In this document: positions 16,101-27,700 of the stretch, in pieces
Layout of the letters: each line of letters begins with the position of its first letter
How positions within the stretch are numbered: the first letter of the stretch is position 1
Assembly (NCBI GenBank): GCA_903813345.2
Contig: CAIIXF020000001.1
Coordinates: 9,920,001-9,984,000 of the forward strand
Source: Owenia fusiformis
Taxonomy: Eukaryota
Direction of reading: 5' to 3'
Length of the DNA: 64,000 bases
Translations under genes and position numbers: made by a program
The notes under the pieces: generated by a model
The model's database searches: none
What the model saw: only the letters and a program-made list of their open reading frames with translations
What the model was told of the DNA's origin: nothing

Positions 16101-19100
16101 TTAAACTATCGAATATCACATCTTAAATAGAGGATATCCTATGATTTATGAGTGATATGATTTTTATCAACGAATGGATATGATATCTGCACGAGTGAGC
16201 GTAGCGAGAGAGTGCAGATATCAACATCCATAAGTGGATTAAAATCATATCACGAGTAAATCATAGGATGTTCTTTATATTCCATAGTTAAAGTCATCAT
16301 CAGAATCGTCGGGAATTAAGTGATTTAAAACGAATTTTCCAAACGATACGGCGATATTGACACTTAGCCTCGTTTTGAGTCTGAAGTAGCAAAAATCCAT
16401 AAACCATGGCATACGGCGCCGTATGTCATGGCTAAAAGCCCCCCCCCTAAAACACCGTATGCTATGGTTAAGTGAAAATTTGCCAAAAATATCATATTTT
16501 ACCACTGATTTCAAAAATACCGTTTTTATTTTGACATGTTATCCTATGGATATCATGCTAACTATGGAATAATATAGGAATATCCTATGGCTCTGAAAAA
16601 ATATCACTTATATCCATGAGTGGATATTGATATCTTCGCCAGTGAGCGCAGCGAATGAGTGAAGATACTGATATCCATGAGTGGATATAAATGATATTTT
16701 TGAAAAAACATAGGATTGTCCGTTTATCCCATTGGGAATTATTATCCAGCGAACATTGAATAGTCAGATAAATTGCAATGGAAATTCCATTTGGTCTGAC
16801 ATTTTGATTGCGATAATTCAACGAACGTCATATACGTGACGTAACAGAGTGGTTTGTATTTAATGCGAACGCCGTAAAAACAAGATCCGAAAAAATAAAA
16901 ATATATAATAAATATATAAACAATCGTTTTGCTGAATTAATAAAAAAATGGAAAAAATCAAAACCATCGAATATCACTTTTGAAACCATCGAATATCACT
17001 TTTGAAACCATCGAATATCACCTTTCAAAAAGTGACATTCGATGGTTTCAAAAGTGATATTCGATGATTTGGGAATTGTTTGCTAAAATATGATCTTCAT
17101 CCACGTATCAATTATATCTTCACGTGATATTCGATCTATATCCTTGTAACCATGGGATAATTAAGGGTTATGTACTGGGGGGTTTTGGATATGGGGTTTT
17201 TCCGGAGGGAGATATGCATATCTACCTGAGGGACCGTAGGGACAGAAAGTAGATGTGCATATCTCACGAGGGATGAACCCAATATCCAAACCGACCGTAC
17301 ATAACTGCTTTATTCTATACCAAGTAGAGTTTTCAGTAGTACAAGGTGTAAAAAATAAACAAATCATTCATATGCAAAGTCATTTTATTGCATTTCCACT
17401 TTTTTGGAAGCGGGAAGATACGCCCCGAAGCGGGAAGATATGCACCGAAGCGGGAGATATGACGGGAGATATGGAGGTTCTTGATATGGAAACCTCAAAA
17501 TCAGGATACGGGATATATCTTACCAACTTATCTCCCTAAAACCCTACTTGGCATAGGATAAATCAAAATAATTTCTACTCGCATCTAGTCTATTCCACAT
17601 ATTTGGGAAAAGTGTACAGGAAAATCTCCATGTTCAATTGATGTATGATCAATATATACGAATCGAATGTATTCTCGTGTGCATTACAATATCCACATTG
17701 AAACATTTTTGGCCTGCAATGGACGTATAATAAATTAGAATATGAGGCCGTGTTATCATTCTAATATAAAGTCATGGTATTTACTGTGGTATTGGGTTGC
17801 AAGCTAATATCAGATTCAATGCAAATTAATCATCTAATATCAGATGCGCGATCAGTCCAATAATCTAATTTCAGGTCATCAGTTCGATATCTAGCACTTG
17901 TTCTAACGACACGGTATTACTAGGCTATCATATTATAAATACACACACATATAAAACAATCAAACTGGTACACGATATAAGCACGACTGCTCTTTCAATT
18001 GAGTATAAATGTTGATAAACTTACCCGGAAGCCAAGACATACGCGTTTAGACGATGCTATTTTCAGTTCAGTGTAAGAGTAAATGCCCGGATATCAAGGC
18101 TTTTTCGTGTAAAGTTTTAACCAAGCATCTAAAATCGGGTTATATTGCGTGTAGAATTTATCGATATCAGGGCCGCTACATGCCAGTGATTGTTAATGCA
18201 TTATAAATAGCTACTCACATTTTGGGTGCCTGCTATAGAACATCTATTGAGCGGAATAGAAGTAACTGAGTTACAAATCATTATTTTGATAATTGAATGA
18301 AAGGGTATATTCTTGCGTTTAGCATAGGCGCAGTCAGGGGGGTGCGATCCCCTCATAACCAATATACATAGAAGAAAATAGATTTTAAATGCTTTTTATT
18401 TGAAGCTTCAAGCTCAATTGCATCAAGGAAATTGCATCAATTTTTGTTAAATTCAAAATAAAATTTTATTTTTTTGACTTATCGCATCCCCCCTAACTGA
18501 AACCTAAAATATTTTGGCAATTGCACCTCCCTGACTGAAAGCTGGCTATGCCCCTGTTAAGCATCTATATTGCCCATGTCTCAAATTTCTCCAGGTAAGG
18601 GCATGTATAGACAGAGGGAGGGGGTAAATCAGAGACTTTATGCGACAACTAGGAAATTAGTGCAAATTATCTAAACAATAATTCCTGCCATAACTGTCAT
18701 AGACTTTCTTCAGATAGAAATACAAATTTTGCAAGGGAAATATAATTGCCGAATCATAAGCTGATTATTTTATGAAATTCTATCCTTATCCCGATAATTA
18801 TAATGTCTGGGTAATTATAGTCAATGTCCTACTGGGAATTAACAAACAGTTGGGATAATCACTGCAATTATAACAATATGTATAAGAAAGAACATTGTTT
18901 GGTCGAGTTAATAAAATTAATTTGAATATACTTTTGACATTTGATTACTTTTCAAACTGTTGAGTTGACATTTTGACACCTAAAAGAGAAAACCTATTCA
19001 AACTGTTGACATGTTTTTGAAACAAGCAAGACAAATGGGATATAATTATTGCATATATGAATACGCTAACTGTATCATTTTGTGTTAAATGACTCAGAAT

Positions 19101-21548
19101 CACACTATCAAATGCAATCTAAAAGTCATGTTCAGTTATGAGTCAATCAGGAATATATTTTGTTACTTCTTAGAATGAAAGCGAAACAAAACACTTTTCC
19201 CCATTACAGTAATGGTTAGATGGCCCAGTGTAGTAAAGAGGAAACAAGTTTCTTTCTGATTTTTTAATAAATATTAAACGCATAATACCAACTCCTTACA
19301 CCCGTGTTAGTTTTGGAGGAAAGTTTTGACCCTTATCACATTAAGTTTAAAGAACATTTAAAGATCCAAGTGAACAAAAATCTTTGCATGGGGTTTCTGA
19401 ATCAACATTATCATAATTGATCAGGAACCTTTTGTACATTGCAAAAGAGTTTATAACTAACAATCCTCAAGATAAATAAAACAAGAACTGAACAATAGCC
19501 CATGCAGAAAAAATATAATGCAGGTCGATCAAATATTTGTAATGTTGATTATAAAAGATCAAATTCCAAGCATATGAATGACATAAACTAATCATTCAAG
19601 AAATGCTTTAGAGGTAAGGCCACGCAGCAACTTTTCAATTCATCTTCAATTTACACAAGGAATAGGCAATACAATAATAATTCAGACGGAAAAGTTGATA
19701 ACTTATGACAATCTTTGATATTCCAGATGTGTAAAAGCAGGAAAGTTTTCCTGTGGGTAATTCAATAACAAATCTTTGATAATATGCTAATTGTCAGAAC
19801 TTTGCCTCAAAAACATCAATGTTTCAGAAATACGAGCCCATATCTAATCAAACTGCTCGCACAAATCTTACGTCATGGAAGAATGACACCGAAACTGAGC
19901 TCAATCTGGAATGTGCCCAGGGTGAATGTAAGGACAATGCAGTAATTGAAAATGTTTCTAAACAATGAAACAGTATAAGGTATTGTTCAGTATCAATTCC
20001 AGGTGCCCACTGAACATGTAGTATTATAGCAAGGAGATGACATTAACTAAAACAACATACCAACTGTGGTATTGCAAAATTACACACATTATTTTTACAT
20101 CACAAGTTTAAGTATCCTATTGGGTACTTAGGGTTTGCAATATATTTACATTCCTTATATATTTACATCACCCATGCGCAATAGTCATGAAGATGGGGGT
20201 AGGTACGAAAAATTTTGAAACAAATGCGTGAAATATGCACAAATCTAGATCTGAAGCAAATGCATCTTTGCGTGACATATTCTATAACGCAAAAAAAAGC
20301 TGGCGTGACTCAGTTTCTTCAGCAAATGTGTGACAAATAAGCAAATTGCGGGACAGTTGGATGGCCTGACAGTGTCAAGCATGAGCTTTTTTGAAACCCC
20401 ATGGTGGGATAAGATTTAAAGAGAGTTCCCAGTAGATGTCCCAAAGAATTTCTTCATGTCCATGATCTAATACATCAGCTGCCCGATACAAATTACATGT
20501 TGTATTATACTTGAAGCACTGTCTCAGTGTTTGTGACATGTAAAACTGTGATGACATAAACCATGGGCTTTCAATAAACCATGGGCTTTCAATAGTTCCT
20601 GAATATAATCTTACATTGAGAGTCGTAAACCTTACGTGAGTCTCTAACCTAGTTTACAAGTTACAATGCATTTTACATTATATTGTTAATCTCAGAATCT
20701 TACCCAAAACCAAGATGTTGAAGACTTACTCACTTCGAGAGCCATGTTAGATTTTGAAACTTATGGCTCTCAAACGGAGAAGTGAACAGCTGATCAATAG
20801 TGACCTTTGAAATCGAATTAAGTCGATCCGCGGCTTACTTTTGGTCTCTAACTGTGTCTTACATCAGTATTATCAATCCGTGTAAGTATTGGAGCGCTGG
20901 AGTACTTCTTTTTCGATCAAGACTTGTAAATTGTTCATCGAGTTAAAGTTTTACAGACCTATTTCCAATATGGCGGTTTGCTAGGTGCGAGATACGCAAC
21001 GAACGAAATGAATTTTGAGAATTAGTTAGGTTCGGACAACCTCCGGAGATGTCCGAGCAGAAACCGCCATATTGGAATTTGGCAGTAAAACGATTCACTC
21101 GACTAACAATTACAAGTCTTGATCGAAAAAGAAGTACTCCAGCGCTCCAATACTTACACGGATTGATGATACTGATGTAAGACACAGTTAGAGACCAAAA
21201 GTAAGCCGCGGATCGACTTAATTCGATTTCAAAGGTCACGATCATTGAGCTGTCCAAATGCTCCGTGGGAAAGCTATTATATCAAAATCCAACTAGCTTT
21301 CGCAGGTAGTAATTGAAGACCAGTTGATCATTCAAGTTCTACTCTATTGTTGACAACTAAACTGTACTTCCTCATTTTTTCAGATCACTTATAAACTATA
21401 TATCTCAACAGAATTCATATGCAATTCCTTTATCAAGTTATTCAGCAAAATTGCCTCTGAGTATAAACCCTAAAATGTCATGAGTTCTGCTTACCTGTAT
21501 TACTTTTTCTAGCCTTTGATCTTTAGGGTAATCATCCATATAAGACAT
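995..21548 (-). CDS. CROCC: Rootletin (ciliary rootlet coiled-coil protein), N-terminal exons; the gene continues beyond the left edge of the window
   Basis: Hand-spliced GT-AG exons: 21548-21495 (MSYMDDYPKDQRLEKVIQ), 13606-13319 (KLESSVL...ELNRVEDLLASSRAERDEIGIKYNALSER), 5565-5377 (LETALKLE...YKRKLQAYQDGQQRQAQLVQKLQAK), 2698-2615 or 2534-2451 (VLQYK.KC.E), 1122-995 (...DLETALIRLEEEQQR). Frames are compatible and the motifs follow the order of the vertebrate rootletin N-terminus. Confidence 0.93.
2451..2534 (-). CDS. CROCC: Rootletin exon 4B (84 nt), tandem-duplicated exon
   Basis: cttcag acceptor, GTAAGC donor; VLQYKRKCGELEESMRIVQADGDRMRRS. Confidence 0.85.
2615..2698 (-). CDS. CROCC: Rootletin exon 4A (84 nt), tandem-duplicated exon
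   Basis: ccag acceptor, GTAAGA donor; VLQYKKKCGEQETEIDTLKSETTKLKRS. Confidence 0.85.
4756..4810. repeat. Perfect 19-bp hairpin with 17-nt loop
   Basis: tgatccagaagttctgata ... tatcagaacttctggatca. Confidence 0.8.
5377..5565 (-). CDS. CROCC: Rootletin coding exon 3 (189 nt, phase 0/0)
   Basis: ttttcag acceptor, GTGAGA donor; SYKRKLQAYQDGQQRQAQLVQKLQAK. Confidence 0.93.
6147..6304. mobile_element. Tc1/mariner-type MITE (CAGTAAAACCTGT family)
   Basis: Ends (t)agtaaagcctgt ... acaggttttactg flanked by TA; relatives at 39007-39127 and 46201-46380. Confidence 0.6.
13319..13606 (-). CDS. CROCC: Rootletin coding exon 2 (288 nt, phase 0/0)
   Basis: ttttttag acceptor, GTGAGT donor; encodes IREIITKNLS and RVEDLLASSRAERDE rootletin motifs. 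Confidence 0.93.
15451..15594. repeat. Palindromic interspersed repeat (gttatg...ggttttggata family)
   Basis: Near-perfect ~50-bp arms; related copies at ~17165-17306 and ~52166-52270. Confidence 0.75.
15991..17156. mobile_element. Foldback/MITE with ~130-bp inverted arms and internal 22-bp repeats
   Basis: cccatggttgcaagg...atatagatcgaatatcac matches the inverse gtgatattcgatctatatccttgtaaccatggg; aaaccatcgaatatcacttttg arrays in both orientations. Confidence 0.7.
18324..18556 (-). mobile_element. hAT-like MITE (CAGGGGC.TAGCCAG family)
   Basis: Reverse-complement homolog of 49178-49440; other CAGG-terminal ends at 10989, 22451-22939 and 32463. Confidence 0.6.
20787..21252. mobile_element. 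Foldback MITE with ~170-bp inverted arms
   Basis: gtgacctttgaaatcgaattaag...gatcaagacttgtaa is mirrored almost perfectly at ~21110-21239. Confidence 0.85.
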
Positions 21549-22042
21549 TTAGAACTGAGAATTTCTTTCTCAATTTCTAACTAAGATTTCTCCAGGCCTA
21601 AAACTGCATAACCATCTGATCTTTGCCAAGAGGTGTATGAAACATTCGAGTTGCTCTGTACAAAAGTTCAAGGTGTGATATGCCCTGCTACTTGCACAAA
21701 CTTGGCAGTACTTAGGAGCAGTTTTCACACTTCAACTGAGCAAAATCCAAGATGGCAGTGATACACCTTCTGTTTCCGGACAGGTGCGAAAACTCAGTTA
21801 CAAAAATATTAATTGTAAATATTACAACATAGGAATAAGTTCGTGTCAGTTGAGTGCAATCAACAATAAGCATTTAATTCAACCAATAGTTTCAAATACG
21901 TTGTTCTACTCATGAACCAGGATGAATGGCAAATAATAGAGTCGTAAATGATATTTCAGGTAAACCCTTTCAGGTCACTGTGTGCATATTAAGTAGGCCA
22001 GGAGGCGGACCCACGCGACCACCAGCAGAGATAAGCGTCTAA

Positions 22043-22056
22043 GTTGCCTAGTTACC
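22043..22056. promoter_or_regulatory. Candidate RFX X-box upstream of rootletin
   Basis: GTTGCCTAGTTACC resembles the X-box consensus, ~500 bp upstream of the rootletin ATG; RFX is a known regulator of ciliary genes. Confidence 0.5.
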
Positions 22057-24756
22057 TTCCAATAGTAAATATCATAGTAAAAATAAATTGAAAGTGCTAG
22101 AGTCCAAGAGTCCAGTGTTTAATTCACAAATCAAGAGACATCTTTTGGTATTTTCTGGAAGTAAATCAGTTTCACAGACATCCCTTTACTTGTGCAGATC
22201 ATTCCCAAATATTCTAACCAATTTTCTGAGATAATTGCCATAAGCCCATAAGTATAAAGTGGTTGTTGCAATATTGGCAGTCAAGCAGCTGTGAGTTGCA
22301 AAACTGTCAAGTTACACATTTCAAAATTAACATTTGCATTGACAGAGAGTGTTTGTATTTATTCAATGATCATATTGCATGAGTGATTGATTAATTGCAT
22401 TTGTAAGGGACTTTTCAATAGAGAGGGATCCTGGTTTTGATTTAACAGATCAGGCCCATAGCCAGCTTTTGCCAAAGGGGTTCACTTTCAAAAAAATCCA
22501 GGAGGCTCCACATGAGACAAAGTGCTCAGAATGGTGAAAAACTGCATGTTTTAAAATAACTTTTGGCAAGGGGGGGGGGCTCAAACCCCTGAGGGGTTGG
22601 GGGGGGCACAGGTCAACTTTTTGTACAGAGTGTTGCCGCTGAGATTCAAAGTATTTATCCACACCAATATTTAGTGTTTTTATTAAAAAAACAGACCCAT
22701 ATCAAGGTAATTTTTAAAAACAGTCCCATTTCTACAGTTCTAACAATATCCAGTTTTAGGAATTTCAAATAGGGACCAATTTTTGGTTTTTTTTCTTCAA
22801 AATGGGATCCACATTTAGGGATTTTTCAGTGAAAAGGTGACCCACTTAAGCATCACATCCCCATATAGCCAATATATGGGAATACCTCCCCCCCCCCTGC
22901 GGGCTCAAACCCCTCACACCCAGGCCACTGGCAGGCCTGCATAAAAATTGGTCAAATTTCTGGTGGATGTGAGTGGGGGATGAGCAGGCAATCCCAGATT
23001 CAATTTAGACAATTAAAGAATAAAAAATTTACCTCTTTCAAAAATAATTCAAATTTTTGTTTGACTTTCCAACATAAATGGATTTTTAAGAAAGCTGTTG
23101 TTGCCTCCTTGTCTTGTTCACTTGTGCCTGTTATACAATTGTATTTATGTTTTAATCATATTTGGTTCAATGAAATAATTTTGAGGTATTAAATGCTTCT
23201 CAGAAAGCACAGCAGAATTATTTTAAGATGTACCTTGGTACAACCAAGCCTATAATATTAATAATTTGAGTAAATGAACATCCCATGGATGACAGTTGCA
23301 ATTGTTAGAAGAAAGTGTTGAATCATTATTTCAAGTTATTTGGTATGTTGAGTTTGTGTAAAGCGTGTCCTTCCTATTAATTTGAATTTAATTGTAAAAG
23401 CAATATTTGGTACATTCTATGTAGATCTTGATTGCCCTATTTGTACCTCGAAAATCCATCGCTTGCCTTGCAAATCTTACCCTGACAAATGCCTTGAGTG
23501 CAATTTCGATATTCTGCCATACAAGAAATCATTGCATGGGTACTCTGGTAAACTACAGACAATTTAAAATATGATAAACTTCAACTTACTCCGAGGGTAT
23601 AACATGAAAGATCAACCTTTCTTCTACAATTTTCAATCTTCAAACAATAACATCCCTTAGACAGGTATCACACTAGTTGTCCATATGTTCGCACAGTTGT
23701 GTTTCAATTGTCATTTCATGGTACCATTTCACTGTTTAAAATGGATACATGCATTACACTAAAATAATTTTTCTATCAGTTACTTTAAGTGTTAAATATC
23801 AACAAAATATACATATGATTCTCTTACTTTTCTGTCTTTAATTGGAGGGGGTCAAACTTTGTCAGACGAATTTAACTTCTTGCGCAATTGCATTTATGAC
23901 AATAGTAGAAGGAAACAATTTCTATAAATTGAAGAAATATTTGGAAGGAATGATGCCTGGGGGAATGATGTTAGCTGGTGTTCGTAACACAAGATTAAAA
24001 GAGCAGGTACATATTTTATCTATATAGGAAATCGTGCGATAATTAGGACCATGCAATAATTAGGACCTTATATGGAGTCATGTCGTAATTACAAAATTTA
24101 AAATCAAAAAGCCGCCATTTTATCACTGTAAAATTTGAATAGCAAGGTTTTAGTCTCATTTCCAAACAAAAAAATTCAAAACTAACACGAAGTGATCAGG
24201 ATATTAGTTCAAATATTTTGGAATTGCTGTTAATATGTTAAAATGTCAGACAGTCACATACAACATTTTATTTTCATTGCCCCCCCTCCCCCCTTCTTCG
24301 TCGGTCGCTCAGTTTGCTAGAATCAGCCATTCCCCTTGCATGCGTAATATATGTAGGCACGAACGCAGTGAACACAATGCTTGGAGATTAAAAATATCGA
24401 GTTGGAATCCTGGATACCAATCCTCCATGAGACTCTACAAATTATTTTCTTTGAAAAAAAATTTCAATTTGGGCGATAATAGAGTATACCGTCTATTTTC
24501 AATTGAATAAGAGCTATTCTAACATAGATTTGGCATTAAAACTAATATAATATCTATCGAAAAAATATTAATGCTGGAAATGACATTTACCTTCTTCTAA
24601 TATAGCAAAAAACTTAATAACTTACCAATATTTTGACTTTCGATTCAAATTTCCGCGGTGTTATAAGAGAAAGAATTTGATTGGTCCAAACGCTACTAAT
24701 TGAACTTTGACCAATCAAACTTCCTCTTTCAAACAGACTCAGTAAAATTTAGAAAA

Positions 24757-27700
24757 ATGTCCATGGAAAGACATCAGGTAGCTCTTCGAGTCAGTCAGGT
24801 AATTAATACCACCCGTTTGTTTCATATGTTACGAATATTGTTCAGAGAGTATTATTGTGTTATCTACCCTATCCTAAGCTGTAAATATGTATCTAAATCC
24901 TATTAGTAAACCTCCATCAATACAAAATCCCGGGGACTCAAGAAAAAGTCACATGCTATCTATTGCAAGACTTACGCCTGCCACAACCGTCACCATGTTA
25001 ATCAGTGTTTTTTAAGTAGCGCAAGGATCCTGCCATGACCGTGGTAGTGTTATCGTGTAAGCCTGGTATAACCGTGACAGGCTGGTATAACCGTGACAAT
25101 GCTGTATTCTATTGCAAGGCCTGTCATGACCCTGGAAGTGTTATCGTGGAAGCCTGGCGCGACCGTAGCCTTTATTGTGGTTTATAAGCGAATGTGAATA
25201 TTAATATGTATATTAATTCTATGTAATAGAATGCTTTATGTGTCATTGATGGGGTCGTTCTGATCCAATAAGAAACGTAGAGAAGCTGAGCTCACCTGAA
25301 AGTAGAAACATATGCTTTGCGGGTCTGAAGACTTTGTTAATAAGCGATTTTCTTAGATTCGTTGCAGTGTTTGGTTCCATTACGGAAGTGACGTAGTGAC
25401 ACCAGATGGCGCTTGATGTTGGACTTCCTTTCTGACAGCCCGCCAAATCTAAGAGTGGTTATCCATATTTTATCAGCAGAGTTTAGGTTTTTATGTTGTT
25501 TTATTAGATACAAACAACAAGAAGGTAAGCGATTAGTTAAGTTAAGGGTCAGTTGGACCTGATGTTAATTGTTTTGGGTTGTTTTAGTTTGGAATTAGAT
25601 GAAAAATTCATGGAGAAATATTCATGGAAAAAATCCAGTGGCATCATCAGGCATTTTGGCCTAGACCTGCAGGAATTAGAAATTTACACGTGGGTAGTGT
25701 TTAGGCTTTCCCTTCTTCAGCATCATACAGGCGACCAGTAGGGGTGATGCCATTTTAAAAAGGAGGCTAGGTAGGAAAATTCATGAAGATTCAAAGTGAC
25801 ATTCATGGAAAAAACAATAAAAAATTCAGTGACATCAACATACTGACAACTGAAAAAACATAAAGGGGCCAGTGTGGTTGGTGTCATTGTTAATAGGAAG
25901 CTAGGAAGTAAGTCATGGAGATTCAATGTGATATTCATGTAACTTTAAGATATTCAATGACGTTCCCATGCCGGCTCTAGGTAGTAGGTAGGGCACAGTT
26001 TAAGGGGGCCAGTATGGAAACGGTTATTGATAATAGGAAGTTAGTTAGGGAAGTTGGCAGTAGCCACTTCAATATGATGGTGTTAAGGCGCCAAAAAAGG
26101 GTCAACAAGGCCTGGGCATAGTGGCCCCAGAAGTAAGTAGAAGCAGAAAACCTAAAAATAAAAAATAAATAAAATAAAAATAAAGTAAAAATGCTTAAAT
26201 ACATGAAAGTACATAAATAAAATTGAAATAAACAAATAGGTATCAAATTAAAATAAAAATATATTATGAGAATAAATAAATAAAGGATTTTGTACAGAGG
26301 TAGATGGAGATTATTGCAAACAACATTAGTAGGTAAGAATTTTTGGATTAATCTGCAGTCAATGAACGAAAAAGCACTTGGCAACTGGGAAAGTTTATTG
26401 ATAAGGTTAGTAAGACCCATTTAGTCCTGGTGAGAATATACTGATCAAGGATATTCTCCTTTCAGTTGTATGGCTGTGCGTGTGTGGATTGTGGGTACCT
26501 CCCACATCACAAGATTGAGGAGCTACGTGGATGACAACCCTTGGGACTTTAAAAATTCCCCGGGATTTGATGAAGTTTACACTGAGCGCAGCGGAGGGAC
26601 CATAGAACATTTAAAATCAAAGGTTAAAGCCAGGGAACCAGTAGTAGGTCAAGGATTTGTAAGTTGTTTCATCCAGGGTGGCGGAAATGACATTAGCAAT
26701 AAAACGGCTGATATGCAGGGCAACCTGGAAGATATCAGCCAGGAGATAGCGGAGAGGCTATGGTCCCTTGCTACAGAATGCGCCAAACATATGGGACCAA
26801 ATGGTAAGGTGCTAGTAGGAAAACTCATTCACCGCACACCCTCTATGAAATACCCGAAAGGGATCCAAACAGAACAACATGCCAGAAGACATAACCTAGT
26901 TACTGATAGGGTAAACGTTTTATTGAATTCAAAATCAACTGACAACATAATATATTATCGAACAAGAGGAGTGGAGCAGTCCATTGCCGAGAAACTCGCG
27001 GACGGGGTGCATTTCAAACACTCTTTCATGAGAGTTTACAGAGACAGTGTCATGGATGGCCTGTTTCTAGGCATAGGACGGGCCATGCATAGTTAGACAA
27101 GTAAGTAATAAATATTAATAACATCATTTTATTTCACCTATAACAATATGGTGTATCAAGCAAAGCAAGGAAGGGAAGTAGACGTGCCTAAGTCACGGGT
27201 AAATACCCATAAGACGGCTGGTTTTGAGGTAGATTGGTAGCGAAGTAAGAAGGTATGCTTATGTAATCAGTTATTACTGGGTATTTAGTTACCAATTCTT
27301 TGTATTACAGCATTAAAGGTTAGCGGTAAAAATAAAATAAAATAAAATCAATAAATAAGTAAAATAATAATAATAAATTAATACATAAAAATAAATAAAT
27401 AGGTCAAATGATAAAAGTTTTCAGTACATACACAGTTTAACTACATACTATCATGAAGTGATAATAGGTTTAAAAGAAAGAAAGAAAGAAATAAAAAATT
27501 ACAACGATTAACAATTACAATAATGTACAATACATTAAGGTAAATAAAATATTAGATACAAACAACAAGAAGGTAAGCGATTAGTTAAGTTAAGGGTCAG
27601 TTGGACCTGATGTTAATTGTTTTGGGTTGTTTTAGTTTGGAATTAGATGAAAAATTACCACCACCACCCCCACCGCCATCCATTGGTTATTATTAGGGTT

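Larger units (their letters stand above)
14744..18188. mobile_element. Non-autonomous TIR element enclosing a nest of hairpin repeats
   Basis: 15-bp TIRs CACTGGCATGTAGCG / CGCTACATGCCAGTG; flanks attgtt|...|attgtt (6-bp TSD, or 4-bp ttgt if the termini are TCAC/GTGA). Confidence 0.7.

Noticed and set aside
25325-25350. Hammerhead core CTGAAGA
   Set aside because: No correctly placed GAAA or stems I/III found
25977-26420. 147-aa hydrophobic minus-strand ORF
   Set aside because: Artefact of the A-rich low-complexity tract
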